DNA of 63,932 bases, counting the filler, from an uncultured bacterium (lineage in GTDB: Bacteria > CAYSBA01): the NCBI GenBank assembly GCA_964429075.1. It is 7 parts of 7 records of this genome, joined end to end, with 100 filler letters (N's around TTAATTAATTAA, not from the genome) between each part and the next. Parts side by side here need not be neighbours in the genome. Positions count along the whole stretch, not along the records: positions 39,467 to 48,952 come from CAYSBA010000030.1; positions 49,053 to 58,524 come from CAYSBA010000031.1; 5 more parts are not named here. The stretch is one strand, 5' to 3'. A program made the position numbers and the translations under genes. This document shows, piece after piece, positions 40,128 through 49,839 of the stretch (positions are counted from its first letter, which is position 1; each line of letters begins with the position of its first letter). Below the pieces are notes generated by a model. That model did no database searches. It was not told the origin of the DNA and saw nothing but the letters and a program-made list of their open reading frames with translations.

Positions 40128-43100
40128 GGAGGTTATTATTATACCTTTTTATTCTTGTATTTTTTATAGGCTTACACAACGTTGTCTCTGCAAAAGGGGC
40201 TAATAAAGATTCAACTACCAAGAAGAATCCCGAATCTAAGGACAAAATTAAGACTGCAACAGAATTCCAGGGTAAGGTAGAAAAAAATATCGTTACAAAA
40301 AAGAAAAAAAAGAAGGATGAGCTTGCAATCATAAGAGACACTATCAATCTTTACATGCAGCGCAGTCAGGATTTTACAAAGGAGGTCAGACTTACCTTAG
40401 AGAGAAAGTTTCAAGAGAAAAAACAGGAGGTTCTAAAAAAGTACGAAAAAAAGATAAATAGACTGACAGATATAGAGAGAACGAGAAGGCTTGAAGCTAT
40501 AGAGCTTTTTGAACGATTCATTAAGAGACATCCAGATGATCCACAGTATACACCTTTTGCTATGTACAGGCTTGCCGAGCTATACTATGGAAAAATAGAA
40601 GATGAATATTTGAGAAAACAGGAAGAGTATGAAAAAAAGATGGACGAATATGAACAACACAGGCTTGCTGTTATGCCTGTTGAACCTAAGAAGGATTTCT
40701 CAAAATCTATAGAGCTTTATAAAACAATTATTAAGAAATTTCCGAACTTCAGACATGTAGATGCCTGTTATTATCTCTATGGTTACTGTTTGCAGGAGCA
40801 GGGCGAGGCCAAAAAGGGGCATAAGATCTTTATGGAACTTGTATCAAAGTTTCCAGATAGCTCCTTTGTACCTGAGGTCTGGTTGCGGATAGGAGAATAT
40901 TATTTTGATCAGGGTGGTGAAGAGAATCTGAAAAGGGCAATTGATGCTTATAAAAAACTACTTAAATATCCAAATCATCCATTGTATGATAAGGCACTGT
41001 ACAAACTTGCATGGAGCTATTACAGGATCGACGATTTTCAGAATGCTGTGGATTATTTTGTAAAGCTTGTAGATTATGCAGATTCTCAGCTTAAGAAAAA
41101 GGGTAAAACCGGTAGTGAACTGAGAAAAGAGGCTATAGAGTACATTGCTATTTCCTATGCGGATGAAAATTGGGGCGGTCTCGACGCGATGATTGACTAT
41201 TTTAAGAGGATTGGTGGTCGTCCATATGAGAGGGAGGTCTTTGAGAAATTTGCAGATGTATTATTTGAACAGACCCGTTACGATGAGGCAATACGAACAT
41301 ACAGAATTGCAATTCAGAAAGACCCGTTAAATCCGGGCAATCCAAGACTGCAGGAGCGTATCATTGCTTCCTATGAGAGATTGCGTGACTTTAATAACGC
41401 ATCAAAGGCGAGGGAGGAGCTGGTTAAGAATTATTCAGAGGGTTCAAAGTGGTATGAGGCCAACAAAGACAATATAGAGGTAATAGAAAATGCCAGAAAA
41501 TTAGCAAGGACATCGCTCTATTCTTCTGCTATCTTTCATCATCAGCAGGCACAGATCTTGAAACAGAAGGGTGAGCTTGAAAAGGCAAAGGAGGAGTATG
41601 CTAAGGCTGCACAGATTTATCAGGAGTATCTGAAGAGATATCCAGGTACTGAAGACTCTTATGAGTTGAATTTCAACCTTGCTGAAGCCCTCTTCTGGTC
41701 TTTTAACTTCCTGCCTGCAGCCGAGCAGTATAAAAAGGTCAGGGATTCTAATCTAAATAATAAACACCTTGAAGAGAGTGCCTATTCTGTAATACTTGCC
41801 TATGAGGGAGAAATAAAGAGGCTTGAACAGGAAGGCAAGCTTGAAAAATTGCCATTGATCAAGAGAGGACAGAAAAATCTAAAGCCTCTCAAGATCCCTG
41901 AGATAAAAAAGAAACTCGTAGAGGCATGTGATGCCTATCTCAAAAAAATAAAGCCAAACGACAAGTTTCCAGATATCAAGTATAAGATCCTCGAGGTATT
42001 ATTTACTTACAACCATTTTGATGAAGCAAGAAAGTGGGCACTCGATATAGTTGAGAACTATCCAAACAACCCGCATGTTGAGGATGCTGCAAATCTGATA
42101 ATTGAAAGTTATAATGTTAAAAAGAACTGGCGTAAGGTTGAGGAGTGGACAAAGAAGTTAATGGCCATGGGAGTGATGAAGGGTAAAGAGAAGGCTCCTA
42201 TGATAGCAGAGCTAAAAAAGTTGAGCGGACTTGCTATATTTAAGCAGGCAGAGGAGTATGAAAAAAAGGGAGATTATGAGAAGGCAGTCAAGGAGTATCT
42301 GAGACTGGTCAAAGAAAATCCGAATGCAGAATATGCAGATGATGCCCTTAATAATGCTGCACTTTTGTACAAAAATAATCTTAAAAAATATAGATCTGCA
42401 GCAAGGATGTATGAGCGTCTTGTCAGGGAATATCCAAGATCCAAGATTGCCGATAAGGCGCTATTTAACAGGGCACTCCTTGCTGAAAAGAGCTTTGAAT
42501 TTAATACAGCCATAAAGAGTTATATAGAGCTTTTTAAAAAGTATAGGCAATCAAAACTTGCAGTAAATGCACTTTACAATGCGGCTGTTGATGCTGAGTA
42601 CCTGCAGGACTATAAGANNNNNNNNNNGTATTACAGGATGTATATCAAAAATTTTCCAGATCGAGAGGATATACCGAAGGTATATTTTAAGATAGCCCTC
42701 ATTTATAAAAAGATGAAGGACTATCGTGCAATGATCAGGCAGTTTCAAAGATACATCCAGCGTTATAAAAAGAATGATTTAGAGGTCATGACAGCACTAC
42801 TTGAGATTGCTGATGCATACTATTTCAAGCTTAAAAAGGTAAAACAGGCTGTAAAATACTATAAAACAATCTTGAAAGAGGTAAAACGGAGAAAGATTGA
42901 AGATGAGGATTATGCAAGGGAGGCTGCTGCAAAATCAAGTTTCATACTGGCCGAACTACGGTTTAAGGAGTATGAACGAATAAAGATTGCCGGAAATCTT
43001 AAAAAGGCCCTGTTGAGAAAAACAAAGGCAATGAAAGAGATGATAAAGACCTTTAAAGAGATCCTGAAGTATGGTAGACCTACCTGGAGTATTGCTGCAC

Positions 43101-43603
43101 TCTACAGGATAGGAAGTTGTTTTGACGCCTTTGCAAGGTCACTTCTTGAGGCACCTGCTCCCAAAGGACTTACAGAAGAGGAGGTGGAGGAGTATATGGC
43201 GATGCTTGAAGAAAAATCATACCCCTTTGAAGACAAGGCTGTGGAAAATTATGAGATTGCTCTGAATAAGGCAAAAGAGCTCGGAATTAAAAACGAATGG
43301 ACAACAAAGATAATGTTGAGTCTTAATGAAAAAAGACCTACCGATTATCCACTTGAAAAGCCACCACTTGAATTTGAAGATAACTATGGTTTTACAGGTA
43401 TGGGTGTTTATGTATCTAAGGACATTGAAAAGCTTGTGAAACAGAAAGAACAAAATCAGGATATACAGAACAATAGCTCTGATTCAGAAACTGAGCCTGG
43501 AAATGCTACGGAGTCTGAAGATATAAACAGTAATCAGTCAACACAGAAGGTGAATGAATCAGGGGGCCAAGATTCAAAATCAGAAGGAGGCACAGCACGG
43601 TGA
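40124..43603 (+). CDS. Large exported TPR protein, GltD/AgmU-like
   Basis: Signal peptide, many TPRs (LYKLAWSYY), C-terminal WSIAALYRIG...APAPKGL...PFEDKA...NEWT; 10-N scaffold gap at 42618-42627. Confidence 0.82.
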   Translation: MRRLLLYLFILVFFIGLHNVVSAKGANKDSTTKKNPESKDKIKTATEFQGKVEKNIVTKKKKKKDELAIIRDTINLYMQRSQDFTKEVRLTLERKFQEKKQEVLKKYEKKINRLTDIERTRRLEAIELFERFIKRHPDDPQYTPFAMYRLAELYYGKIEDEYLRKQEEYEKKMDEYEQHRLAVMPVEPKKDFSKSIELYKTIIKKFPNFRHVDACYYLYGYCLQEQGEAKKGHKIFMELVSKFPDSSFVPEVWLRIGEYYFDQGGEENLKRAIDAYKKLLKYPNHPLYDKALYKLAWSYYRIDDFQNAVDYFVKLVDYADSQLKKKGKTGSELRKEAIEYIAISYADENWGGLDAMIDYFKRIGGRPYEREVFEKFADVLFEQTRYDEAIRTYRIAIQKDPLNPGNPRLQERIIASYERLRDFNNASKAREELVKNYSEGSKWYEANKDNIEVIENARKLARTSLYSSAIFHHQQAQILKQKGELEKAKEEYAKAAQIYQEYLKRYPGTEDSYELNFNLAEALFWSFNFLPAAEQYKKVRDSNLNNKHLEESAYSVILAYEGEIKRLEQEGKLEKLPLIKRGQKNLKPLKIPEIKKKLVEACDAYLKKIKPNDKFPDIKYKILEVLFTYNHFDEARKWALDIVENYPNNPHVEDAANLIIESYNVKKNWRKVEEWTKKLMAMGVMKGKEKAPMIAELKKLSGLAIFKQAEEYEKKGDYEKAVKEYLRLVKENPNAEYADDALNNAALLYKNNLKKYRSAARMYERLVREYPRSKIADKALFNRALLAEKSFEFNTAIKSYIELFKKYRQSKLAVNALYNAAVDAEYLQDYKXXXXYYRMYIKNFPDREDIPKVYFKIALIYKKMKDYRAMIRQFQRYIQRYKKNDLEVMTALLEIADAYYFKLKKVKQAVKYYKTILKEVKRRKIEDEDYAREAAAKSSFILAELRFKEYERIKIAGNLKKALLRKTKAMKEMIKTFKEILKYGRPTWSIAALYRIGSCFDAFARSLLEAPAPKGLTEEEVEEYMAMLEEKSYPFEDKAVENYEIALNKAKELGIKNEWTTKIMLSLNEKRPTDYPLEKPPLEFEDNYGFTGMGVYVSKDIEKLVKQKEQNQDIQNNSSDSETEPGNATESEDINSNQSTQKVNESGGQDSKSEGGTAR

Positions 43604-45165
43604 TAGAAAAGAATTGGTGTAAAAAGGCTATAGCTCTTTTTGCTTTTGTTGTTTTTATTGCAAGCTGTGCAACTACAAAAGAGGCGACAAAGGAGTTGCC
43701 ACAAGAAGAGGAAAAACAGCAGCAAGAAGGGCAAGAGACAAAAGAAGAGGTGTCACAAAAAGGCCAGGAAGAGGGCCAAAGAGAAACTCAAAACAAGGCA
43801 ACTGTATCGTCAGAAAACCTTGGAAAAGAAAAGATGTCTGATCAGGATCTTAGGCTATATGCACAGGTCATATCAAAGGCAAAAAAAGGTGGTATTGAGG
43901 AGGCAGCAGGATACATAAATCAACTATATCAGGTGTATTCAAAAAATCCTGGTGTTCTGTATCACAGGGGACTCCTTTTGGAAGAAGAGGCAGACATTGA
44001 TGGTGCAATCGATATGTATCGAAGGGCTATAGAGATAGATCCCACCTATGAACCTGCTGCTGTTAACCTTGCTGAGATATACATAAGAGAAGGACAGCTT
44101 GATCGTGCAAAAGAGCTGCTTCAAAAGATAGCTTCATCAAAGAAGGATGCCTATCTTGTAAAAAGTGAGCTGGCAAGAATAAAGTTATTGATGGGAGATT
44201 TTGAGGGAGCTAAAAAGGACAGCCTTGATATACTTGTATATGACGAAAAAAATTCTCGTGCAATAACAAATCTTGCTGTTATTTTTTTGAAACAAAAGAA
44301 GTATGAATTGGCGTCTGATACTCTAATGAACGCAAAGGATATAGATCCATACAATCCGGATATATATTACTGGCTTGCTGTTTTGAATTCTGAAAAGAAA
44401 AACTATACTGTAGCGATAAATTTTTTAAAAAAGGCAATCCAGCTGAGAAAAGACTTTCCGCAGGCCTACAATCTGATGGGTCTTTTGTATGAAAAGAAAA
44501 ATAATTATCAGGCAGCAATTGATGCATTTAATAATGCGTTGAAATACAAATCAGATGATTACAGGTATCTTGTTAATCTTGGAAATGCCTATAAATCGTC
44601 AGGAATGTTTAAGGAGGCACTGGAAAGTTATAAAAAGGCGATAGAAATCAAGAAAGATCTTCCAGAGGCCTATTATAATATGGGAATTGTATATCTAGAT
44701 GGTGATTTAGAGGGTATGGATAAGATAGAGAGGTGGGAGAGGTCAAAGAGCATGTTTGATAAGTATCTTTCTCTTAAGCAAGAGGTACCCAAGAATATTA
44801 AAGATACCATTGAAAAGTATAAAAAAGAGGCAGATGCCAAGATAAAGAATGAAAAAATGAGGCTTAAATTTCTTGAACAACAGAAAAAGATGCAGGAACA
44901 GATGAAACAACAGAAAAAGATAAATCAGCAAGAGGACAACCAAGAAGAACAGAAACAGGATAAAAAAGAAAATGTAGCCCCACAGAACCAGCCGCAATCA
45001 AATAATGAGACCAAGACAACACCTGAGCAGGAGAAGCAGAAAAATAGCGATTCAGAGTCTGTACAACAAGAGGGTGGAGGAATAGATAATAGTGGTAAGG
45101 GAACAGAAAACGAGAATGATCAACAGAACAATCCAGAAGATACAACCAATCAAAAGGAGAAGTAG
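43600..45165 (+). CDS. TPR lipoprotein, GltE/AglT-like
   Basis: Lipobox IASC, TPRs, Q/E/N-rich tail; operon position. Confidence 0.8.
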   Translation: MIEKNWCKKAIALFAFVVFIASCATTKEATKELPQEEEKQQQEGQETKEEVSQKGQEEGQRETQNKATVSSENLGKEKMSDQDLRLYAQVISKAKKGGIEEAAGYINQLYQVYSKNPGVLYHRGLLLEEEADIDGAIDMYRRAIEIDPTYEPAAVNLAEIYIREGQLDRAKELLQKIASSKKDAYLVKSELARIKLLMGDFEGAKKDSLDILVYDEKNSRAITNLAVIFLKQKKYELASDTLMNAKDIDPYNPDIYYWLAVLNSEKKNYTVAINFLKKAIQLRKDFPQAYNLMGLLYEKKNNYQAAIDAFNNALKYKSDDYRYLVNLGNAYKSSGMFKEALESYKKAIEIKKDLPEAYYNMGIVYLDGDLEGMDKIERWERSKSMFDKYLSLKQEVPKNIKDTIEKYKKEADAKIKNEKMRLKFLEQQKKMQEQMKQQKKINQQEDNQEEQKQDKKENVAPQNQPQSNNETKTTPEQEKQKNSDSESVQQEGGGIDNSGKGTENENDQQNNPEDTTNQKEK

Positions 45166-45221
45166 GTGCTTTTAAAACTAAAAGACTTGAAAATTAAAAT
45201 TGATTGATGTATAGTTTTGTG

Positions 45222-45494
45222 ATGATGTATGGAAGAAAGACAATCCGTGCGTTACTTTTTGTGATAGTATGCCTATGGAGCATACCTTCATTTTCCAAGG
45301 CACCTGCAAAGCAAATCATAGTATTAAATGCGATAAAGGTAGAAGGGAAGATTCAAAAGCCGCAGGCATTCTACATACTACATAGATCAAACCTGAAATT
45401 TGATGAACTAAAGCTGGACCAGGACCTTGTTAAAAATATAGTGGTGGATGCCGATTCTGATATTTTTAAGGATGTTGACCTTTCGGTAAAATAA
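45222..45494 (+). CDS. GltF/CglF-like small exported protein
   Basis: Signal peptide, then VEGKIQKPQAFYILHRSNLKF; TTGAAA-N17-TATAGT (45187-45215) lies 6 nt before ATG 45222. Confidence 0.75.
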   Translation: MMYGRKTIRALLFVIVCLWSIPSFSKAPAKQIIVLNAIKVEGKIQKPQAFYILHRSNLKFDELKLDQDLVKNIVVDADSDIFKDVDLSVK

Positions 45495-45555
45495 TGGTTT
45501 ATAGTATAGAAAATTTTCATTTAAAAAGGATTAACTCAAAGAAAAGGAGGTAGTT

Positions 45556-46212
45556 ATGGCAGCTGCAGCAAAGTTCTTTCAGGAAGGCGGTATTTTTATG
45601 TATCCTATCGCCCTGATGTCGATCATTGGTATCGCTATCATTATTGAGAGAGGTTTTTTTCTGTATCTCAGGTACAACATTAATGGTAGTGCATTTATGG
45701 CACAGATCCAGAAGCTTATCCTTGCAAACAACATAGATAGAGCGATCAAGCTCTGTAATACCGCACCAAATGCAGCCCTCCCAAGGGTTTTAAAGGCCGG
45801 TTTAACAAGAGCGAATAAAGGAGTTATTGAGATACAAAATGCTGTTGAAGAGGAGACATTAGATGTACTTCCAATGATTCAGAAGAGGATAAGTGGACTA
45901 CAGATTATTGCAAACGTAGCAACCCTGCTTGGATTGCTTGGAACGATCTTTGGACTTATATCAGCATTTGAAGCAGTGGCAAATGCTGCTCCAGATCAAA
46001 AACAGGCAATGCTTGCATCTTCAATCTCGATTGCAATGAACACCACTGCTTTTGGATTGATTGTTGCTATCCCCTGTCTTCTGGCTTATGGTGTCCTTTC
46101 AGGACTTACCAAAAAAATAATGGACGAGATAGACCTCTATTCAGTACGTCTTATTAATCTGCTTGCTGCAAGATCAAAGGGTGGTGCAAGTGCGCTTGAG
46201 AGACAGGGTTAA
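45556..46212 (+). CDS. MotA/TolQ/ExbB proton channel subunit, AglR-like
   Basis: GGIFMYPI, ATLLGLLGTIFGLI, AMNTTAFGLIVAIP. Confidence 0.92.
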   Translation: MAAAAKFFQEGGIFMYPIALMSIIGIAIIIERGFFLYLRYNINGSAFMAQIQKLILANNIDRAIKLCNTAPNAALPRVLKAGLTRANKGVIEIQNAVEEETLDVLPMIQKRISGLQIIANVATLLGLLGTIFGLISAFEAVANAAPDQKQAMLASSISIAMNTTAFGLIVAIPCLLAYGVLSGLTKKIMDEIDLYSVRLINLLAARSKGGASALERQG

Positions 46213-46253
46213 TTTAAGCATATAGTTTTATTAAATCTATTTGAGGTGAAAAG

Positions 46254-46802
46254 ATGGCCAGAAAACCATCCGAAAGAATGAGCGCTAAGGAATCTGGAAG
46301 CTGGGATATGAGTAAATCTCTGATCCCTGTCATGAACCTGATGATAATTCTTATTCCTGCACTTCTAATGGCAACATCCTTTATCAGTATTGCAGTCATA
46401 AATGTATCTACGCCAAAGATTGGCTCAGCTATGCAACAACAACAGCAAAAAAAGAAGAAAGAAGAAAAAAAGAAGTTACAGTTAACTATTGCTATTACAG
46501 AGGAGTGCTTTATTATTGCAGGTGCTGGTGGGCAGCTGCCTGGTGAAGAGCCAAAAGAGAAGGGTGAGGAGGATAAGGAAAATTGTACTATACCAAAGAA
46601 AGATGGGAAGTATGATTATGAGGCTCTGACAGAGAAGCTTAAGCAGATTAAAGATCAATTCCCAGATGAGACAAATGTAATAATAAGTGCAGAGCCAAAG
46701 ATTCCATATAAAGTACTGGTTAAGGTAATGGATGCTTCAAGAGAGACTCGTGATGGAGTTATACTTTTCCCTGATGTATCATTGAGTGCTGGCGCAGGGT
46801 AG
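46254..46802 (+). CDS. ExbD/TolR family subunit, AglQ-like (Asn at the channel Asp position)
   Basis: TM LIPVMNLMIILIPALL; IPYKVLVKVMDASRE...LFPDV. Confidence 0.88.
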   Translation: MARKPSERMSAKESGSWDMSKSLIPVMNLMIILIPALLMATSFISIAVINVSTPKIGSAMQQQQQKKKKEEKKKLQLTIAITEECFIIAGAGGQLPGEEPKEKGEEDKENCTIPKKDGKYDYEALTEKLKQIKDQFPDETNVIISAEPKIPYKVLVKVMDASRETRDGVILFPDVSLSAGAG

Positions 46803-46848
46803 TTTTATTTTATGAAAAGGGATTATTAATTGATGGGGAGTCCAGATT

Positions 46849-47394
46849 ATGGTAGATCAAATTAAAAATGGTTCATCGGAAGAGGAAATTAGACCAAAGA
46901 GAATTAAGAAAGAAGGTCCTAAAGAGGAGCCCTTTTCAATTACTTCATTGATGGATATAATGACAATCATTCTGGTATTTTTGTTAAAGAGTTATTCAGT
47001 CAGCCCTGTAAATGTGACACCCACAGAAGACCTCCAGCTGCCTATTTCAAATGCAAAACTTGATCCTGTTGAAGCTGTACCGATTACAATATCAAAAAAT
47101 TATATACTTGTAGATGACAAACCGGTGGTAGAAGTAAAGAATGGTAAGGTTGATGCCAGTGAAAAGAGTGATGGAGAATCCGGCTTTCTGATAGATAAGG
47201 TTTATAACGCACTTAAGGAAAATGCTGAAAAGCAAAAGACAATCGCACAATATAATGATGCGCAGCAATTTAAAGGTATGGCCCTTTTGATTGCAGATGA
47301 ATCAACACCATACAGATTGTTAACAGAAGTACTATACAGTGCTGGTCAGGCAGAATTTGGTAATTTTAAATTCGTAGTTTTGAAGAAGGAGTAA
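46849..47394 (+). CDS. ExbD/TolR family subunit, AglS-like
   Basis: ITSLMDIMTIILVFLLKSY; ADESTPYRLLTEVLYSAGQAEF. Confidence 0.9.
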   Translation: MVDQIKNGSSEEEIRPKRIKKEGPKEEPFSITSLMDIMTIILVFLLKSYSVSPVNVTPTEDLQLPISNAKLDPVEAVPITISKNYILVDDKPVVEVKNGKVDASEKSDGESGFLIDKVYNALKENAEKQKTIAQYNDAQQFKGMALLIADESTPYRLLTEVLYSAGQAEFGNFKFVVLKKE

Positions 47395-47401
47395 TTGATA
47401 A

Positions 47402-48751
47402 ATGGCAACTACATTACCAAAAATATTACGTATTGGTATTATACAGTCAGGTAAGATTATTGAAGAACAGTTGATTAGAAAGTCAAAGACTCTATATTTT
47501 GGAAATTCACCAAAATCAGATTTTATAGTAACCTCTCCTGCGTTTCCTTCTAAGTATCCCCTTTTTATTTATAAAGGTAATCAATACTTCTTGAATTTTA
47601 CTGATCAAATGAAGGGTAAGGTCGATGTAAAAGGAGGGGGTGGAGCAGATTTTCAGGCAATAAAACAGCAGGGATTATGTAAAAAACATGGCAAAGGATA
47701 TCTTTTACCACTTACGACAGAGTCGAGAGGCAGGGTAACAATCGGTGATACAACAATACTCTTTCAATTTATTGTGGCACCTCCGGCTCCTATAAAGCCA
47801 AAGTTGCCAAAAGAGGCAAGAGGTGGCTGGTTAAAGAGTATTGATTTACCCTTTGCAGCTATTACTGCTACATCGTTTATTCTTCAGAGTGTATTTATAA
47901 TTTATTTAAATTCAGTAGAGATTCCTAAGGAGATAAGTATAGATAAGATACCTGACAGATTTGCAAAACTAATTGTCCCAAAATATAAACCAGAGAGGAA
48001 AAAAGTAAATAAGGTTAAAAGTAAGAAGGGCAAAGGTACTTCAAAGAAGAAAGCAAAGAAAGCAGCTGCAAAAAAAACAGAAAAAAAAGCACCAAAGAAG
48101 AATATAGACGAAGCAAGGCAAAAGGCATTACATAAGGCAAAGATAAGAGAGAAGGTTAAGAAAAAGGGTCTTTTAAAACTCTTAGGATCAAAAGGTCCTG
48201 GGACTACAAATACTATGATTGAAGATGTATTAGCAGATGGTTCAGTTGATGGTGATTTAAAGAATGCTTTTAAGGGTGGTGTAGAGGTAGCTTCAGCAGA
48301 ATCACTTGCAAAGGCAGGAAGAAAGACTGGAGGCGCAGAAGTAGGAAAGACAAAGATCGGTGATCTTGCCACAAGTGGAGCAAAAAGGGGGAGTTTAAAA
48401 GGAAGATCAGAAGCACGAATTGTCGGTTCAGTATCAGCAAGTACACCAGAAGTAGATGGAAATCTTGATCAGAAGGCTGTTGCAAGAAGCATAAAGAGAA
48501 GACTTGGTGCAATAAAAGCATGTTATAATAGAGAACTAAAACGTAATCCAGATTTAAAGGGAAAGATTGTCGTAAGATTTACAATTGAGACAAATGGAAG
48601 GGTAGGGCAGATTTTTGTGGTTAGTAACACAATGGGTAACGATAAGGTTGCAAATTGTATTATCAATAAGATGAGAAGATGGCGTTTTCCAAGACCAAGT
48701 GGGGGTCCTGTTGGGGTATCTTTCCCCTTCGTATTTTCTGCATCATCATAA
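47402..48751 (+). CDS. GltG/PglI-like TonB-family energy transducer
   Basis: N-terminal LRIGIIQSGKIIEE domain, one TM, Lys-rich linker, C-terminal IKACYNRELKRNPDLKGKIVVRFTI...WRFPRP...FPFVF. Confidence 0.88.
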   Translation: MATTLPKILRIGIIQSGKIIEEQLIRKSKTLYFGNSPKSDFIVTSPAFPSKYPLFIYKGNQYFLNFTDQMKGKVDVKGGGGADFQAIKQQGLCKKHGKGYLLPLTTESRGRVTIGDTTILFQFIVAPPAPIKPKLPKEARGGWLKSIDLPFAAITATSFILQSVFIIYLNSVEIPKEISIDKIPDRFAKLIVPKYKPERKKVNKVKSKKGKGTSKKKAKKAAAKKTEKKAPKKNIDEARQKALHKAKIREKVKKKGLLKLLGSKGPGTTNTMIEDVLADGSVDGDLKNAFKGGVEVASAESLAKAGRKTGGAEVGKTKIGDLATSGAKRGSLKGRSEARIVGSVSASTPEVDGNLDQKAVARSIKRRLGAIKACYNRELKRNPDLKGKIVVRFTIETNGRVGQIFVVSNTMGNDKVANCIINKMRRWRFPRPSGGPVGVSFPFVFSASS

Positions 48752-48759
48752 CATAAAAA

Positions 48760-48952
48760 GTGAAGAGATATTCTGAAGAAAAGCTAAGAAAGCTATTGTC
48801 TTCTTCTGACTTCAATCATTTTTTAAATGAAGTCAAGACAAAAAAGCATGAGATCTCATTGTTAGAACAGCATAACAATGAGTTGCTTTTTCAGAAAGAA
48901 CTACTTATTAATAAAATAGAGGTTCAGCAGAGGAATTCTACCGAATTTATGT
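48760..48952 (+). CDS. Hypothetical coiled-coil protein, 3'-truncated
   Basis: GTG start 8 nt after the gltG-like stop; frame runs into the gap. Confidence 0.4.
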
Positions 48953-49052
48953 NNNNNNNNNNNNNNNNNNNNNNNNNNNNNNNNNNNNNNNNNNNNTTAA
49001 TTAATTAANNNNNNNNNNNNNNNNNNNNNNNNNNNNNNNNNNNNNNNNNNNN
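48953..49052. other. Artificial contig-join spacer
   Basis: N run with central TTAATTAATTAA. Confidence 0.98.
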
Positions 49053-49324
49053 CGGTTGTTGCACCTAAGGTCCTTTCTGAATATGCCAAAAAGATGGAAA
49101 ATATTGTAATAAAAGGTGGGATACTCGATAATAATCCTGTCTCAAGTAAACAGATAGAGGCAATTTCTAAATTGCCGAGCAAAGAGGTAATTTATGCTCA
49201 AGTTCTTGGTGTTATGAGTGCAGTCCCATCTAAATTTCTTTCATTGTTAAATGCGGTCCCTCAAAAATTTGTGATGTTGTTGAATGCAATTGTGGAAAAG
49301 AGGAAGGAAGAGGGGGAAGAATAA
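49053..49324 (+). CDS. rplJ: 50S ribosomal protein L10, 5'-truncated
   Basis: VVAPKVLSEYAK...IKGG...ISKLPSKEVIYAQVLG; precedes rplL. Confidence 0.92.
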
Positions 49325-49369
49325 GATTTTAATCAAACATAAAATATTAACCTATTGATGGAGTGAAAG

Positions 49370-49750
49370 ATGGCCACCATTACTAAAGAACAGGTAAAAG
49401 AATACATCAAAAATGCTACTGTTCTGGAGCTTTCAGAATTGATTAAAGAACTTGAGGATGAGCTGGGTGTAACAGCCCAAGCAGCTGTTGCGATGGCACC
49501 GGTAGCTGCTGCTGGTGGTGAAGAAAAAGAACAGGAAAAGACAGAATTTGATGTAGTCCTCACTGCAGCAGGAGATCAAAAGATTAAGGTTATCAAGGTG
49601 GTCAAGGATCTACTCGGTCTCGGTCTTAAAGAGGCAAAGGCCCTTGTTGATGCCGCTCCAAAGCCAATAAAGACTGGAGTGAGCAAAGAAGAGGCCGAAC
49701 AGATAAAAGAGAAGATAACCGAAGTCGGTGGGCTTGTAGACATAAAGTAA
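49370..49750 (+). CDS. rplL: 50S ribosomal protein L7/L12
   Basis: EKTEFDVVL...[11 protein letters not shown]. Confidence 0.98.
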   Translation: MATITKEQVKEYIKNATVLELSELIKELEDELGVTAQAAVAMAPVAAAGGEEKEQEKTEFDVVLTAAGDQKIKVIKVVKDLLGLGLKEAKALVDAAPKPIKTGVSKEEAEQIKEKITEVGGLVDIK

Positions 49751-49839
49751 TGATAGGGTAGGACTATTTTGCCCTTAAATCCCTTTTAATCTGCTTCCCA
49801 GAAGCTATTGGGGAGCTTTAACTTATTGTAAGAGGTGCC

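Noticed and set aside
42618-42627. Possible disruption of the gltD-like gene
   Set aside because: A 10-N scaffold gap; TPR-like sequence continues in frame on both sides.
44880-45165. Q/E/N-rich tails of the GltD/GltE-like proteins and the poly-Q/K tract in the AglQ-like protein as tandem repeats or phase-variation tracts
   Set aside because: Mixed codons and no exact DNA repeat unit; consistent with ordinary disordered linkers.
49793-49819. Hairpin between rplL and rpoB
   Set aside because: Possibly the usual attenuator, but the stem is imperfect and the U-tract short; not novel.
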